The notes below the pieces were generated by a model. The model made no database searches. It was not told the origin of the DNA and saw nothing but the letters and a program-made list of their open reading frames with translations. A stretch of DNA of 23,862 bases from a bacterium (lineage in GTDB: Bacteria; Methylomirabilota; Methylomirabilia; CAVQYV01), in NCBI GenBank assembly GCA_043800755.1, contig JAZDMQ010000010.1:1-23862 (forward strand), written 5' to 3'. The translations under genes and the position numbers were made by a program. This document shows, in pieces, positions 15,852 through 23,862 of this stretch (the stretch's first letter is position 1; each line of letters starts with the position of its first letter).

Positions 15852-17603
15852 TCATCCCATATCTTCTTCTTTCTCTTCCTTGCTGTTTTGCAGATAGGCC
15901 CTGATGCTGAGACCTATTTTTCGCTCATCCGTATCCAATTTGATGATCTTAGTCGTGATTTCATCACCCACCGTGACGACCTCTTCTGGTTTGGCGACTC
16001 TTTCCTGGCGCATTTCGGAGATATGCAGCAAACACTCAATGCCATCCTCTAACTCCACAAATGCTCCAAATTCCATGAGCCGCACTACCCTGCCCTTTAC
16101 ATCCATCCCCACCTTGTATTTTTCAGGGACAATGGTCTGCCAAGGATCGGCCTGGGCTTGCTTTAGGCCTAAGGAGATGCGGTGCGTGTTCTTGTCCACC
16201 CGAAGGACCATTGTCTCCACCCAATCCCCCTTTTTGAGTATCTCTGAGGGGTGGCGTACCCTTTTGGTCCAAGACATATCCGAAATGTGGATAAGACCGT
16301 CGAGGCCGTCCTCCAATTCCACAAATGCCCCGTATTCGGTGAGATTTCTAACCCCCCCCTTGACCCTGATTCCCACTGGATACTTTTCCTCCACATACAT
16401 CCACGGGTTGGGTTCTGCCTGCTTCATTCCCAATGAAATACGCTTGGCTTTTTTGTCAATATCGAGCACCACGATCTCAATAATGTCCCCAATTGCTACC
16501 ATCTTTGAGGGATGCTTGATTCTCTGCTTCCAGGACATCTCTGAGACATGCACCAAGCCTTCGATGCCCGGTTCCAGTTCTACAAACGCCCCGTAATCAA
16601 CAAGACTGACTACCTTGCCCTTGACCTTCCCGCCCACAGGATACCTCTCATCGGCCGACTCCCATGGATCAGGGGATCTCTGTTTTAGCCCCAAAGAGAC
16701 TCTTTGGTTTTCACGGTCCAATTTGAGCACAACGACTTCAATATCATCCCCCACCACAAACAGTTCGGAGGGATGGTTGATCCTGCCCCAGGACATATCC
16801 GTGATGTGGAGTAAGCCGTCAATCCCGCCCAAATCTACAAACGCGCCGTATTCAGTGAGGTTCTTTACTTTACCTTTAACCACCTTCCCCTCTTCAAGGA
16901 TTCCCAGGGTTCTCTCCCGTTCCTCTTTCCTTTCCTCCTCCAAGTAGACCCGACGGGAGAGCACAATATTTCCCCTCCGTTGGTTCAACTTTATTACCTT
17001 CATCGGGAAGGTCTTACCGACCAGCCTGTCTAGGTCCTTGATGGGCCGCAGATCAATCTGAGAACCCGGAAGGAAGGCCTTCACACCTATGTCTACCATC
17101 AAGCCCCCTTTGGTTTTCCCCAAGATCAACCCCTGAACGACTCCCTCCTTTTCGAAGGTGTGGGTGATCTCATCCCAGACCTTTATCTTCTCCGCCTTTT
17201 CCCTCGAGAGAACAACAATGCCTTCATTGTTCTCCTTCTGCTCCAAATAGACATCTACCTGGTCACCAATCTTTATCTCAATCTCGCCCATCGGGCTTCT
17301 GAATTCCTGAATGGAAATTGTCCCCTCTGACTTATAGCCGATATCAACCATTACTGCATCATCGGTAATATTAACCACTGTACCCCGAATGATCTCTCCT
17401 TCTGAGATATCTCTCAGGGTCTTGTCATACAACTCCCCCCACTCCTGGACCTCATCTTGAGGGCGAGGTTCGGTCAACCCCTCCTTTATGGTACTGCCTC
17501 CCTCCGGAAGCGACTCTGAGAGACTTTTCTCTGAGGTCACCATTCCTTCGCTTTCTTGGTTTGCCTCATTTTCGATCTTGTTAGCTCGAGTCTCTTCTAT
17601 CAT
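15852..17603 (-). CDS. rpsA: 30S ribosomal protein S1
   Basis: DIGYKSEG, AFLPGSQ, repeated YGAFV.L..G..GL.HISxMSW S1 domains; SD AGGAGG. Confidence 0.97.
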   Translation of the reverse strand: MIEETRANKIENEANQESEGMVTSEKSLSESLPEGGSTIKEGLTEPRPQDEVQEWGELYDKTLRDISEGEIIRGTVVNITDDAVMVDIGYKSEGTISIQEFRSPMGEIEIKIGDQVDVYLEQKENNEGIVVLSREKAEKIKVWDEITHTFEKEGVVQGLILGKTKGGLMVDIGVKAFLPGSQIDLRPIKDLDRLVGKTFPMKVIKLNQRRGNIVLSRRVYLEEERKEERERTLGILEEGKVVKGKVKNLTEYGAFVDLGGIDGLLHITDMSWGRINHPSELFVVGDDIEVVVLKLDRENQRVSLGLKQRSPDPWESADERYPVGGKVKGKVVSLVDYGAFVELEPGIEGLVHVSEMSWKQRIKHPSKMVAIGDIIEIVVLDIDKKAKRISLGMKQAEPNPWMYVEEKYPVGIRVKGGVRNLTEYGAFVELEDGLDGLIHISDMSWTKRVRHPSEILKKGDWVETMVLRVDKNTHRISLGLKQAQADPWQTIVPEKYKVGMDVKGRVVRLMEFGAFVELEDGIECLLHISEMRQERVAKPEEVVTVGDEITTKIIKLDTDERKIGLSIRAYLQNSKEEKEEDMG

Positions 17604-17627
17604 TATTGGCAGTACCTCCTAATCGTT

Positions 17628-18512
17628 TTATGGTTTTAGGAAAGCCAGCAAGGCTTCCTTTGGTTCTCTTGCAGAGACCAAATCCCGTAATCGGTTAATG
17701 ACCTCCAAAATAACCCACTGTGGCGTGGATGCGCCCGCCGTAATTCCTATTTTTGACTTCCCATTGAGCCAATCAGGCTTTATCTCGTCCGAGGTCTCAA
17801 CTTGGTATGTATCCGGCAAAACCACTCGACATGTATCCCTCAAACGAGCAGTATTCGCACTGCTCTTGCCCCCCACTACCAGCAGGAGATCAACCTCTCC
17901 TGCCATTCTAAGGGCAACCCTTGATCGAGCAGCGGTGAAACCACATATGGTATTGAAGACCTTTAGCTCATGTGTCTTGGTCGACAGGTAAGATACAACG
18001 TCTTTCAGAACCGCCTCTCCTTGGGTAGTTTGAGATAGCACCCCCACCCTCTTCCCCAAACCAACAGTGGCCAGATCGGAAAGGCCGTTGATTATCTCGA
18101 CTTCCGATTGAGCGTAGCCAATGAGGGTTTGAACCTCCGCATGCGCCCGATCACCGAGTAGTAAGACCTGATATCCCTCTTTTTCTAATTGCGAGAGTTT
18201 ACTCTGCGCTTTCTTGACGAAGGGGCATGTAGCATCAATGACTTGGGCCCCGCGCTTCCTTAAACCCCGGAAGATCTCCGGTGAAACCCCGTGAGAGCGA
18301 ATAACCACTCGTGCACCACGGGATACCTCATTGAGCTCTGTAATGACCTTCAGTCCCCTGCCTTCCAGGAAATGCACCACCTGAGGGTTGTGAATCAATG
18401 GCCCCCAAGAGCATAGGGGCCCATCAGTTACCTCAGTGGCGGCCAGGGCCATATTGTAGGCTCTCTGAACACCAAAGCAGAATCCAGCTTGCTCCGCTAC
18501 GCGAATATCCAA
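17628..18512 (-). CDS. ispH: 4-hydroxy-3-methylbut-2-enyl diphosphate reductase
   Basis: GFCFGV, IHNP, SHGV, DATCPFV, HAEV, SQTT, NTIC, SANT, TAGASTP. Confidence 0.96.
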   Translation of the reverse strand: MDIRVAEQAGFCFGVQRAYNMALAATEVTDGPLCSWGPLIHNPQVVHFLEGRGLKVITELNEVSRGARVVIRSHGVSPEIFRGLRKRGAQVIDATCPFVKKAQSKLSQLEKEGYQVLLLGDRAHAEVQTLIGYAQSEVEIINGLSDLATVGLGKRVGVLSQTTQGEAVLKDVVSYLSTKTHELKVFNTICGFTAARSRVALRMAGEVDLLLVVGGKSSANTARLRDTCRVVLPDTYQVETSDEIKPDWLNGKSKIGITAGASTPQWVILEVINRLRDLVSAREPKEALLAFLKP

Positions 18513-18561
18513 CTCTGATCTCCGTGGATCCCTTCATTCCAGGAGAGCGGATACCTCCCCC

Positions 18562-19203
18562 CTAACAAGGGATCTCCCGATCCGCTTCCAGGTTTTTCCT
18601 GAGGTTTCTTATCCCCGCCATGACCTGTTCCGAGAAATTCCCGCTGCCCGTTGCGTTTGCTTCTACAGTCTGCAGAGAAGAAAGGCTCGAGATCAAGGGA
18701 GGCCCGAAACATACGGTAACCTGATGAAGGCGTATCAAGAAAGATCCCCGGGGCAACACTCTTCCGGCGCCCTGAATATAGACGGGAATCACCGGGGCCT
18801 TCGATTTCTCTGCAATATTTCCTATCCCGGGCCTTGCCTTCTGAAGCTCTCTGCCATCTCCCCGGGTTCCTTCAGGAAAGAGCAACAGCGCTTTTCCTTT
18901 CTTCATGAGCTGGAGTGTCCTCTTGATGGTCGACGGGCCTACTCGCTGACGGGAGACTGGAAACGCCTGCAGCTTGCTCAAAAACCAGAAAAAAAGACGA
19001 TTCCTGAATATCTCGTCTTTGGCCATGTAGTTGATCCTTCGGGGCAAGGAGACTCCCAAAAAAATTGGATCCAAATAACTGACATGGTTCGAGGCTAATA
19101 TGACCGGTCCGGTTATAGGAACGTTTTCCCTTCCCATCACTCTGAGACGGAAAAAGAGATGAGAAACCAATTTCAGCAAGAAATAGCAAATGTCATAAAT
19201 CAT
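18562..19203 (-). CDS. plsC: 1-acyl-sn-glycerol-3-phosphate acyltransferase
   Basis: NHVSYLD (HX4D) and FPEGTR motifs. Confidence 0.92.
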   Translation of the reverse strand: MIYDICYFLLKLVSHLFFRLRVMGRENVPITGPVILASNHVSYLDPIFLGVSLPRRINYMAKDEIFRNRLFFWFLSKLQAFPVSRQRVGPSTIKRTLQLMKKGKALLLFPEGTRGDGRELQKARPGIGNIAEKSKAPVIPVYIQGAGRVLPRGSFLIRLHQVTVCFGPPLISSLSSLQTVEANATGSGNFSEQVMAGIRNLRKNLEADREIPC

Positions 19204-19340
19204 TTCTTGGGTCTGCCGGAAGGGTCCTTTCGATTTGAGACTGTAATTCTGCTTTAGCTAATCGAACTATTTTATCCCAATATTATTACACTTTATGCTT
19301 CCCATGCGCAAGAAAAAAACCGCTAACTCCCAATCAATCT

Positions 19341-20084
19341 TCATTCTCCATTCTCCCGTAACCTCCCCCTAATCTTGTCAAGCATCAAATCTACTACCTC
19401 CTCCACGCCCAACTGCGTAGAGTCGACACTTATACAATCCTCACTCCGCTTCAGGGGTGAAAGCTCCCGTTGGCTATCCCTCTCATCTCTTATTTGAATC
19501 TCCCTCATTGTTTCCTCGATACTTGTTTCAATGCAATTATGTAGCAGATCGTTGTACCTTCTTCGGGCTCTTTCCTCCAAGGATCCATCCAAAAAAAACT
19601 TAACGTTGGCATCAGGGAAAACTACCGTGCTCATATCCCTTCCTTCAATGACGAGCCCGGTCCTACTCCTTTTTCCCATCTGTCGTTGCAAAGCGACCAG
19701 CCTCCTCCTCACCCCCCCAAGGGTAGAGATCTTTGAGGATGTCTGGCTGACCTGGGGAGATCGAATCTCATCTGAAACGTCCCTGCCGCAGATATAGGTT
19801 TTGGTCTTTCCTGCCTCCTCTCTGAACTCGATTTGAGCTTCGTCGATAAGAGAAGAAAGGGCATCCTCGTCGTCCAAATTGATTCCTTGGCAGAGGGCTT
19901 CACAGGCTACAGCCCGATACATTGCCCCCGAATCGATGTACCGATACCCCAACTTCTGCGCCAGTAGTTTCGCTACTGAGCTCTTCCCTGCTCCTACCGG
20001 CCCATCGATGGTGATAATTAGGGGCTTTCTCGTTGAGCTTGATATCCTTCGGCTTCGCTGCTTCACGAAGTTATTCAATAACAA
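19341..20084 (-). CDS. cmk: Cytidylate kinase (start uncertain: TTG 20084/20078 or GTG 20066)
   Basis: IDGPVGAGKS P-loop, DSGAMYRA, EGRD, RDERDSQR..SPL. Confidence 0.95.
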   Translation of the reverse strand: MLLNNFVKQRSRRISSSTRKPLIITIDGPVGAGKSSVAKLLAQKLGYRYIDSGAMYRAVACEALCQGINLDDEDALSSLIDEAQIEFREEAGKTKTYICGRDVSDEIRSPQVSQTSSKISTLGGVRRRLVALQRQMGKRSRTGLVIEGRDMSTVVFPDANVKFFLDGSLEERARRRYNDLLHNCIETSIEETMREIQIRDERDSQRELSPLKRSEDCISVDSTQLGVEEVVDLMLDKIRGRLRENGE

Positions 20085-20098
20085 TTTAACGGCCTATA

Positions 20099-21175
20099 TT
20101 AAATTAAATAATCTAATTCCTTAGGATATGAACCCAAAACCTTCAGCAGAGAACATTCTTCGCAAAGATATTCTAACACTTCTCTCGCTGGGGGATCTTC
20201 GACAAATCCTTCAAAGTCCACATAAAATATGTAGTCCCAAGCCTTTATTTTTGAAGGCCTTGACTCGATGCTGGTCAAGTTTATGCCCCTTCTGGCTAAG
20301 GGTTCCAGAATCCGGTGTAGGGCCCCTACCTTATCCCGAATGGAAAAAAGAATGGAGGTCTTGTCTGTCCCGGACCGCGGCCCGAAGGCCTTCCCAATCA
20401 CCAGAAACCGAGTATAGTTCTTCGGATAATCCTCGATGTGAGATTGAACCCTGGCGAGATGATAAAGGTCCGCAGCCAAATCAGAAGCAATGGCTGCCCC
20501 TTCAGGATCCCTTCCAGACATTTCAGCAGCGGCTGAGGTACTGAAAACCTCGACGAGTTCAGCATGGGGCAGGTTGACTTCTAACCACTTCCTGGACTGG
20601 GCCAGCGCCTGGGGATGAGAGTAAACCCTCTTGATGTCTTGCAGCTTGCCCGAAAGGGAAAGCAGGGTGTGAGATACCTCCAAAAAAATCTCCCCACAGA
20701 TTTTCAGGTCCGAATCCACGAACATATCCAAGGTGTGATTAACCATTCCCTCGGTAGAGTTCTCCACGGGCACAACACCATAATCGGCATTGTCTTTCTC
20801 TACTTCGGTGAAGATATCGCCAATCCCCCTCATGGGAACAAATTCTGCTGAACGCCCGAACTTTTTCATGGAGGCAAGATGAGTAAAGGTGGCTGGAGGG
20901 CCCAAATAGGCTACCCTCAAGGGACGCTCCAAGGAGAGGCATCCGGAGAGGATCTCGCGGTAAACGGCGCGTATGACACTGTTGGGAAGTGGTCCCCGAT
21001 TGAGGGAGGCCATGCGGCGATGGATCTCTTCCTCTCTTTCTGGGACATAGAAGGCAATCTTCTGCTCCTCCTTCTCCCTTCCAATTTCAATTACAATCTG
21101 AGCTCTCCGATTCAAGAGATCGAGAATCTGAGCGTCTATCCGGTTCACTTTCCTCCGTAACTCCGATAATCCCAT
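20099..21175 (-). CDS. pheA: Chorismate mutase / prephenate dehydratase (P-protein)
   Basis: AroQ domain (LRRKVNRID...PERE), LGPPATF, ENSTEG, SHPQALAQ, NYTRF, IESRP ACT domain. Confidence 0.96.
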   Translation of the reverse strand: MGLSELRRKVNRIDAQILDLLNRRAQIVIEIGREKEEQKIAFYVPEREEEIHRRMASLNRGPLPNSVIRAVYREILSGCLSLERPLRVAYLGPPATFTHLASMKKFGRSAEFVPMRGIGDIFTEVEKDNADYGVVPVENSTEGMVNHTLDMFVDSDLKICGEIFLEVSHTLLSLSGKLQDIKRVYSHPQALAQSRKWLEVNLPHAELVEVFSTSAAAEMSGRDPEGAAIASDLAADLYHLARVQSHIEDYPKNYTRFLVIGKAFGPRSGTDKTSILFSIRDKVGALHRILEPLARRGINLTSIESRPSKIKAWDYIFYVDFEGFVEDPPAREVLEYLCEECSLLKVLGSYPKELDYLI

Positions 21176-21212
21176 TTCCTATACCCTCGGGTGGGTCTCT
21201 TCTTTGAGGCCC

Positions 21213-21250
21213 AAAAAATTCAAGCGGGGCACATGGGCCCCGCTTGAATT
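21213..21250 (-). terminator. Rho-independent terminator after the AOR gene
   Basis: Perfect 14-bp stem AATTCAAGCGGGGC/GCCCCGCTTGAATT with 6-nt loop, followed by a T-run on the minus strand. Confidence 0.85.
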
Positions 21251-21289
21251 CGTCACGCGATCACAGATGCCCTTTTGTCGGCCCCATTT

Positions 21290-23128
21290 TTAGAGCCCCA
21301 GCTCTTTGATTTTTTCCGGTCGAGGAATCCCCAGTTCATCCCAGCCGTTATATTCATAGTAGTCTGAGAGAAGCTTTCCCAGTGGCGGCAGGTGAACCTC
21401 TGTAATGCCAGGACCGACCCTCTTGTGCGTCAGAAATCGCAGCGGAAGGGTATCATCCTTACGGCTTACCCCCCACCTGACATTGATCAATCGTTTGAGA
21501 TTAAACAGGCGCTCTCCGGTCTTGAAGAATTCAGGAAGATCCATGTCCCAGCCGGTAACTTGATTAAACCATTTGAGGCCGTGACTGAGCTTGATCCCAC
21601 CGAAGGCTATAAACTTGCAGAGTTTCATGGAATCATACATTCCCATCATGTATTGGCAATCGGCCACGAATTTCGCCTTTCCTTCTACCTCCCAACGGGT
21701 AACCCGGCCATCCGCTCCGACCTCGGGCATGGTCAGGCCCCTCTCAAAACCCATTGTCCAGGCGGATAGGTGGCAGGCACCGCGGGCAGAGGTGGCGAAC
21801 GCCAACGCCGCCCCAAAATAGGCACGGGGGTCATGTGCCGGTAGCTCAAGCCCTTTCACATGCATGGCGAACTCGGGGGCTATCCCTCCAATCTCCTGGG
21901 ATGCCTTCCTCACTCCTTTGCCCAAAAGCTCTCCAATTCCTTCTCTTTTCCCAATCTTTTTTACCACTGCCACCAAGGCTTCATGGTTTCCCCAGGTGAG
22001 GTCAATCCCATCAGTGTCCTTCTTGTTGAGCAACCCATTCTCGTAGCACTCCATGGCGAAGGCGATGACGCCCCCGACGGAGATCGTATCGAGGCCATAG
22101 CGGTTGCAGAGTTCATTCGCCATGGCAATGGCTTCCAGGTTGTCCACCAAACACATGCCCCCAAGGGTCCCCATCGTCTCGTATTCTGGTCCTGCTCCCT
22201 CTACTCCAGCATAGGGACCTTTATCAACCTTTACCTCACGGCCGCAGCCGATAGGACATTGCCGGCAGTGATATTTCCTCACCAAGATCGTCTCAGCCAT
22301 GGCCGCACCGCTAATCTTCTTTGCTCCCTCTTCCCAGCGGCCCAGCCTCCAGTTCTGGAGAGGAAAATTGCCCATGCTTTCATGGGTAGGCACTCCGCCA
22401 GAGGTTCCCAGATTTCCAAAGGTCTTGGAGGATTCGAGAATGGTGGGCAGCAAATCTTTCACACTGGCCGCCAACTCCTCGGGGCGGGCGACCGAAGTCT
22501 TATTCGACCCTTGCACCACAATGGCTTTCAAATTCTTGGACCCCATTACTGCCCCTAAGCCGCATCGTCCTGCGATTCGGGCATCCCTTCCATCATGCAC
22601 AATGCCAGCCAAAAGGGTGAGTTTCTCCCCAGCGGGACCAATCGCAGCAACGGTGGCGGTCTTCTGAGTCTCCGATTTCAGGATGGGATCGATCTCATAG
22701 GTGTCTTTGCCCCAAATATGGGAGGCATCACGGAACTCCACCTTTCCATCTTGGATCCAAAGGTAGGTCGGGGTCTGCGCCTTGCCCGTGAGGACAATTC
22801 CATCGAATCCCGCCTGTTTCAATTTCGCTCCCCAGGTGCCGCCCGCGTCGGATTCCCCGAAGACCCCAGTCAAGGGGGAACGGGAAACCACTGCATGACG
22901 GCCCGAGGTGGGAACCAAGGTATTGGCTGTGGGGCCAGCCATAAAGATGAGGGGGTTTTCGGGACTAAAGGGATCTGTCCCGGAGTTGGTCTCATCATAG
23001 AGGATCTTAGCCCCCAGTCCGCTGCCTCCGATGAACTTGCGGCAGATCTCTTCACTAAAGGATTGCTCTTCTGTCTTCTTTCGGGAAAGATCTATTCTAA
23101 GAACCTTTCCCATGTAACCACCTGCCAT
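21290..23128 (-). CDS. aor: Aldehyde:ferredoxin oxidoreductase family protein (tungstopterin)
   Basis: GGYMGKVLRIDL, GRCGLGAVMGSKNLKAI, CRQCPIGC, GPEYET, GLDTIS, KGLELPAHDPR, RGACH. Start ATG 23128 after GGAGG. Confidence 0.93.
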   Translation of the reverse strand: MAGGYMGKVLRIDLSRKKTEEQSFSEEICRKFIGGSGLGAKILYDETNSGTDPFSPENPLIFMAGPTANTLVPTSGRHAVVSRSPLTGVFGESDAGGTWGAKLKQAGFDGIVLTGKAQTPTYLWIQDGKVEFRDASHIWGKDTYEIDPILKSETQKTATVAAIGPAGEKLTLLAGIVHDGRDARIAGRCGLGAVMGSKNLKAIVVQGSNKTSVARPEELAASVKDLLPTILESSKTFGNLGTSGGVPTHESMGNFPLQNWRLGRWEEGAKKISGAAMAETILVRKYHCRQCPIGCGREVKVDKGPYAGVEGAGPEYETMGTLGGMCLVDNLEAIAMANELCNRYGLDTISVGGVIAFAMECYENGLLNKKDTDGIDLTWGNHEALVAVVKKIGKREGIGELLGKGVRKASQEIGGIAPEFAMHVKGLELPAHDPRAYFGAALAFATSARGACHLSAWTMGFERGLTMPEVGADGRVTRWEVEGKAKFVADCQYMMGMYDSMKLCKFIAFGGIKLSHGLKWFNQVTGWDMDLPEFFKTGERLFNLKRLINVRWGVSRKDDTLPLRFLTHKRVGPGITEVHLPPLGKLLSDYYEYNGWDELGIPRPEKIKELGL

Positions 23129-23160
23129 TATTTTTCCTCCTTTGTTCTGCGGAACACCGT

Positions 23161-23505
23161 TCAATTGAGAGGAACCTGCGTCACCTTCAAAGACCGAGCT
23201 GCCCTTAAGGGATCAAAAGGCGGGAGGGTCCCTTGTCCTCCCGCAATTGGGGCCATAATCTGAATCGTCGCACCGCCCTCCACCAGATCATCAAGGCGCA
23301 ACACCCGGTCGTGATGCAGAATGACCATATGAGTGGCTATCTGCTCGTCGGTTCCTTTTTCTGCGTAATACCTGAATCCCGGGTATTTATCCGAAATCAT
23401 TCTCAGAATTTCCTTTACCTTCGTAGGGGAATCCAGGTCCAACTCTACCTCCTCCTTCCCCACCAACTTCCGATAAGGAAAGGCCAAACGGACTTTCAAG
23501 GACAT
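23161..23505 (-). CDS. MoaD/ThiS-family sulfur carrier with a 24-aa extension after Gly-Gly
   Basis: Beta-grasp-like ~90 aa ending IMAPIAGG, directly upstream of aor. Start ATG 23505 after AGGAGAGGAG. Confidence 0.85.
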   Translation of the reverse strand: MSLKVRLAFPYRKLVGKEEVELDLDSPTKVKEILRMISDKYPGFRYYAEKGTDEQIATHMVILHHDRVLRLDDLVEGGATIQIMAPIAGGQGTLPPFDPLRAARSLKVTQVPLN

Positions 23506-23635
23506 CTTTCTCTCTCCTCTCCTAAACGGAAAACGAGGCAAACTCGGCGTTCGACCCGGGAGGACAGCGCTTTCTCACTCATAAAACAACACAGAATCAT
23601 GCCCCGGCGGTCAAGGCACAACCAGATCGAGAGAA

Positions 23636-23674
23636 TCCAGAGAGAGAAGGATAATAGCTCCCTCTCTCTCTGGA
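23636..23674. repeat. 12-bp perfect inverted repeat (hairpin) downstream of Fe-ADH
   Basis: TCCAGAGAGAGA (23636-23647) / TCTCTCTCTGGA (23663-23674). Confidence 0.75.
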
Positions 23675-23691
23675 AATGGCAGGATTGTGTC

Positions 23692-23862
23692 TTAGAAGGC
23701 CCTGCGGCAGATCTCGATCATATCTTCCACGACCGGCTTTCTGGGGTTCACAGCGATGTTTCCGCTTTTCATAGATTCTTCAGCAATGCCCTCAAACCAC
23801 TCTTCCTTAATGCCAACTTCTTTTAGGCTCTTGGGTATGCCAATATCCTCCGAAAGCCTCCT
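23692..23862 (-). CDS. Iron-containing alcohol dehydrogenase, C-terminal fragment (runs off the window)
   Basis: Not in the ORF track. Translates RRLSEDIGIPKSLKEVGIKEEWFEGIAEESMKSGNIAVNPRKPVVEDMIEICRRAF*, with the GIP..L.E.G and NPR features of Fe-ADH C-termini. Confidence 0.85.
   Translation of the reverse strand, partial: RRLSEDIGIPKSLKEVGIKEEWFEGIAEESMKSGNIAVNPRKPVVEDMIEICRRAF

Noticed and set aside
15904..16947. Long + strand ORFs and repeated ACAAATGCCCC/ACAAACGCCCC motifs
   Set aside because: Antisense shadows of the repeated S1 domains (GAFV) of rpsA
17601..17630. IspH-RpsA fusion by readthrough (genes are in frame, 24 bp apart)
   Set aside because: Two in-frame stops (TAA and TAG), and rpsA has its own AGGAGG SD
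21392..23826. Several 120-230 aa + strand ORFs
   Set aside because: Antisense to aor, the MoaD-like gene and Fe-ADH, with no recognisable motifs

Overview
Bacterial chromosomal window, probably spanning the replication terminus. A dif-like Xer site at 12847-12874 sits exactly where gene orientation flips: all supported CDSs to its left are on +, all to its right on -. Left side: tRNA-Leu(CAG, partial) and tRNA-Arg(CCT) flank a ~770-bp intergenic region with many self-complementary segments, an IS200/IS605-end-like hairpin and a sigma70 promoter. Next come a PHP hydrolase, a membrane-anchored TPR protein and an uncharacterised sugar/polyol cluster (two Zn-dependent MDR dehydrogenases, a frameshifted DhnA-type class I aldolase, an FGGY kinase, a class II aldolase/epimerase, and a second FGGY kinase that is frameshifted and truncated). 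These are followed by an orphan 2-oxoacid:ferredoxin oxidoreductase beta subunit, a hotdog thioesterase, a DUF62 SAM hydrolase and a GH57 glycoside hydrolase. Right side, in reading order: Fe-ADH (partial), a MoaD/ThiS-like protein with an unusual tail after its Gly-Gly, AOR, a terminator, then pheA-cmk-plsC-ispH-rpsA-sppA-ihfB-HIT-DUF151. All calls come from motif recognition and manual base-pairing; no searches or folding were run.
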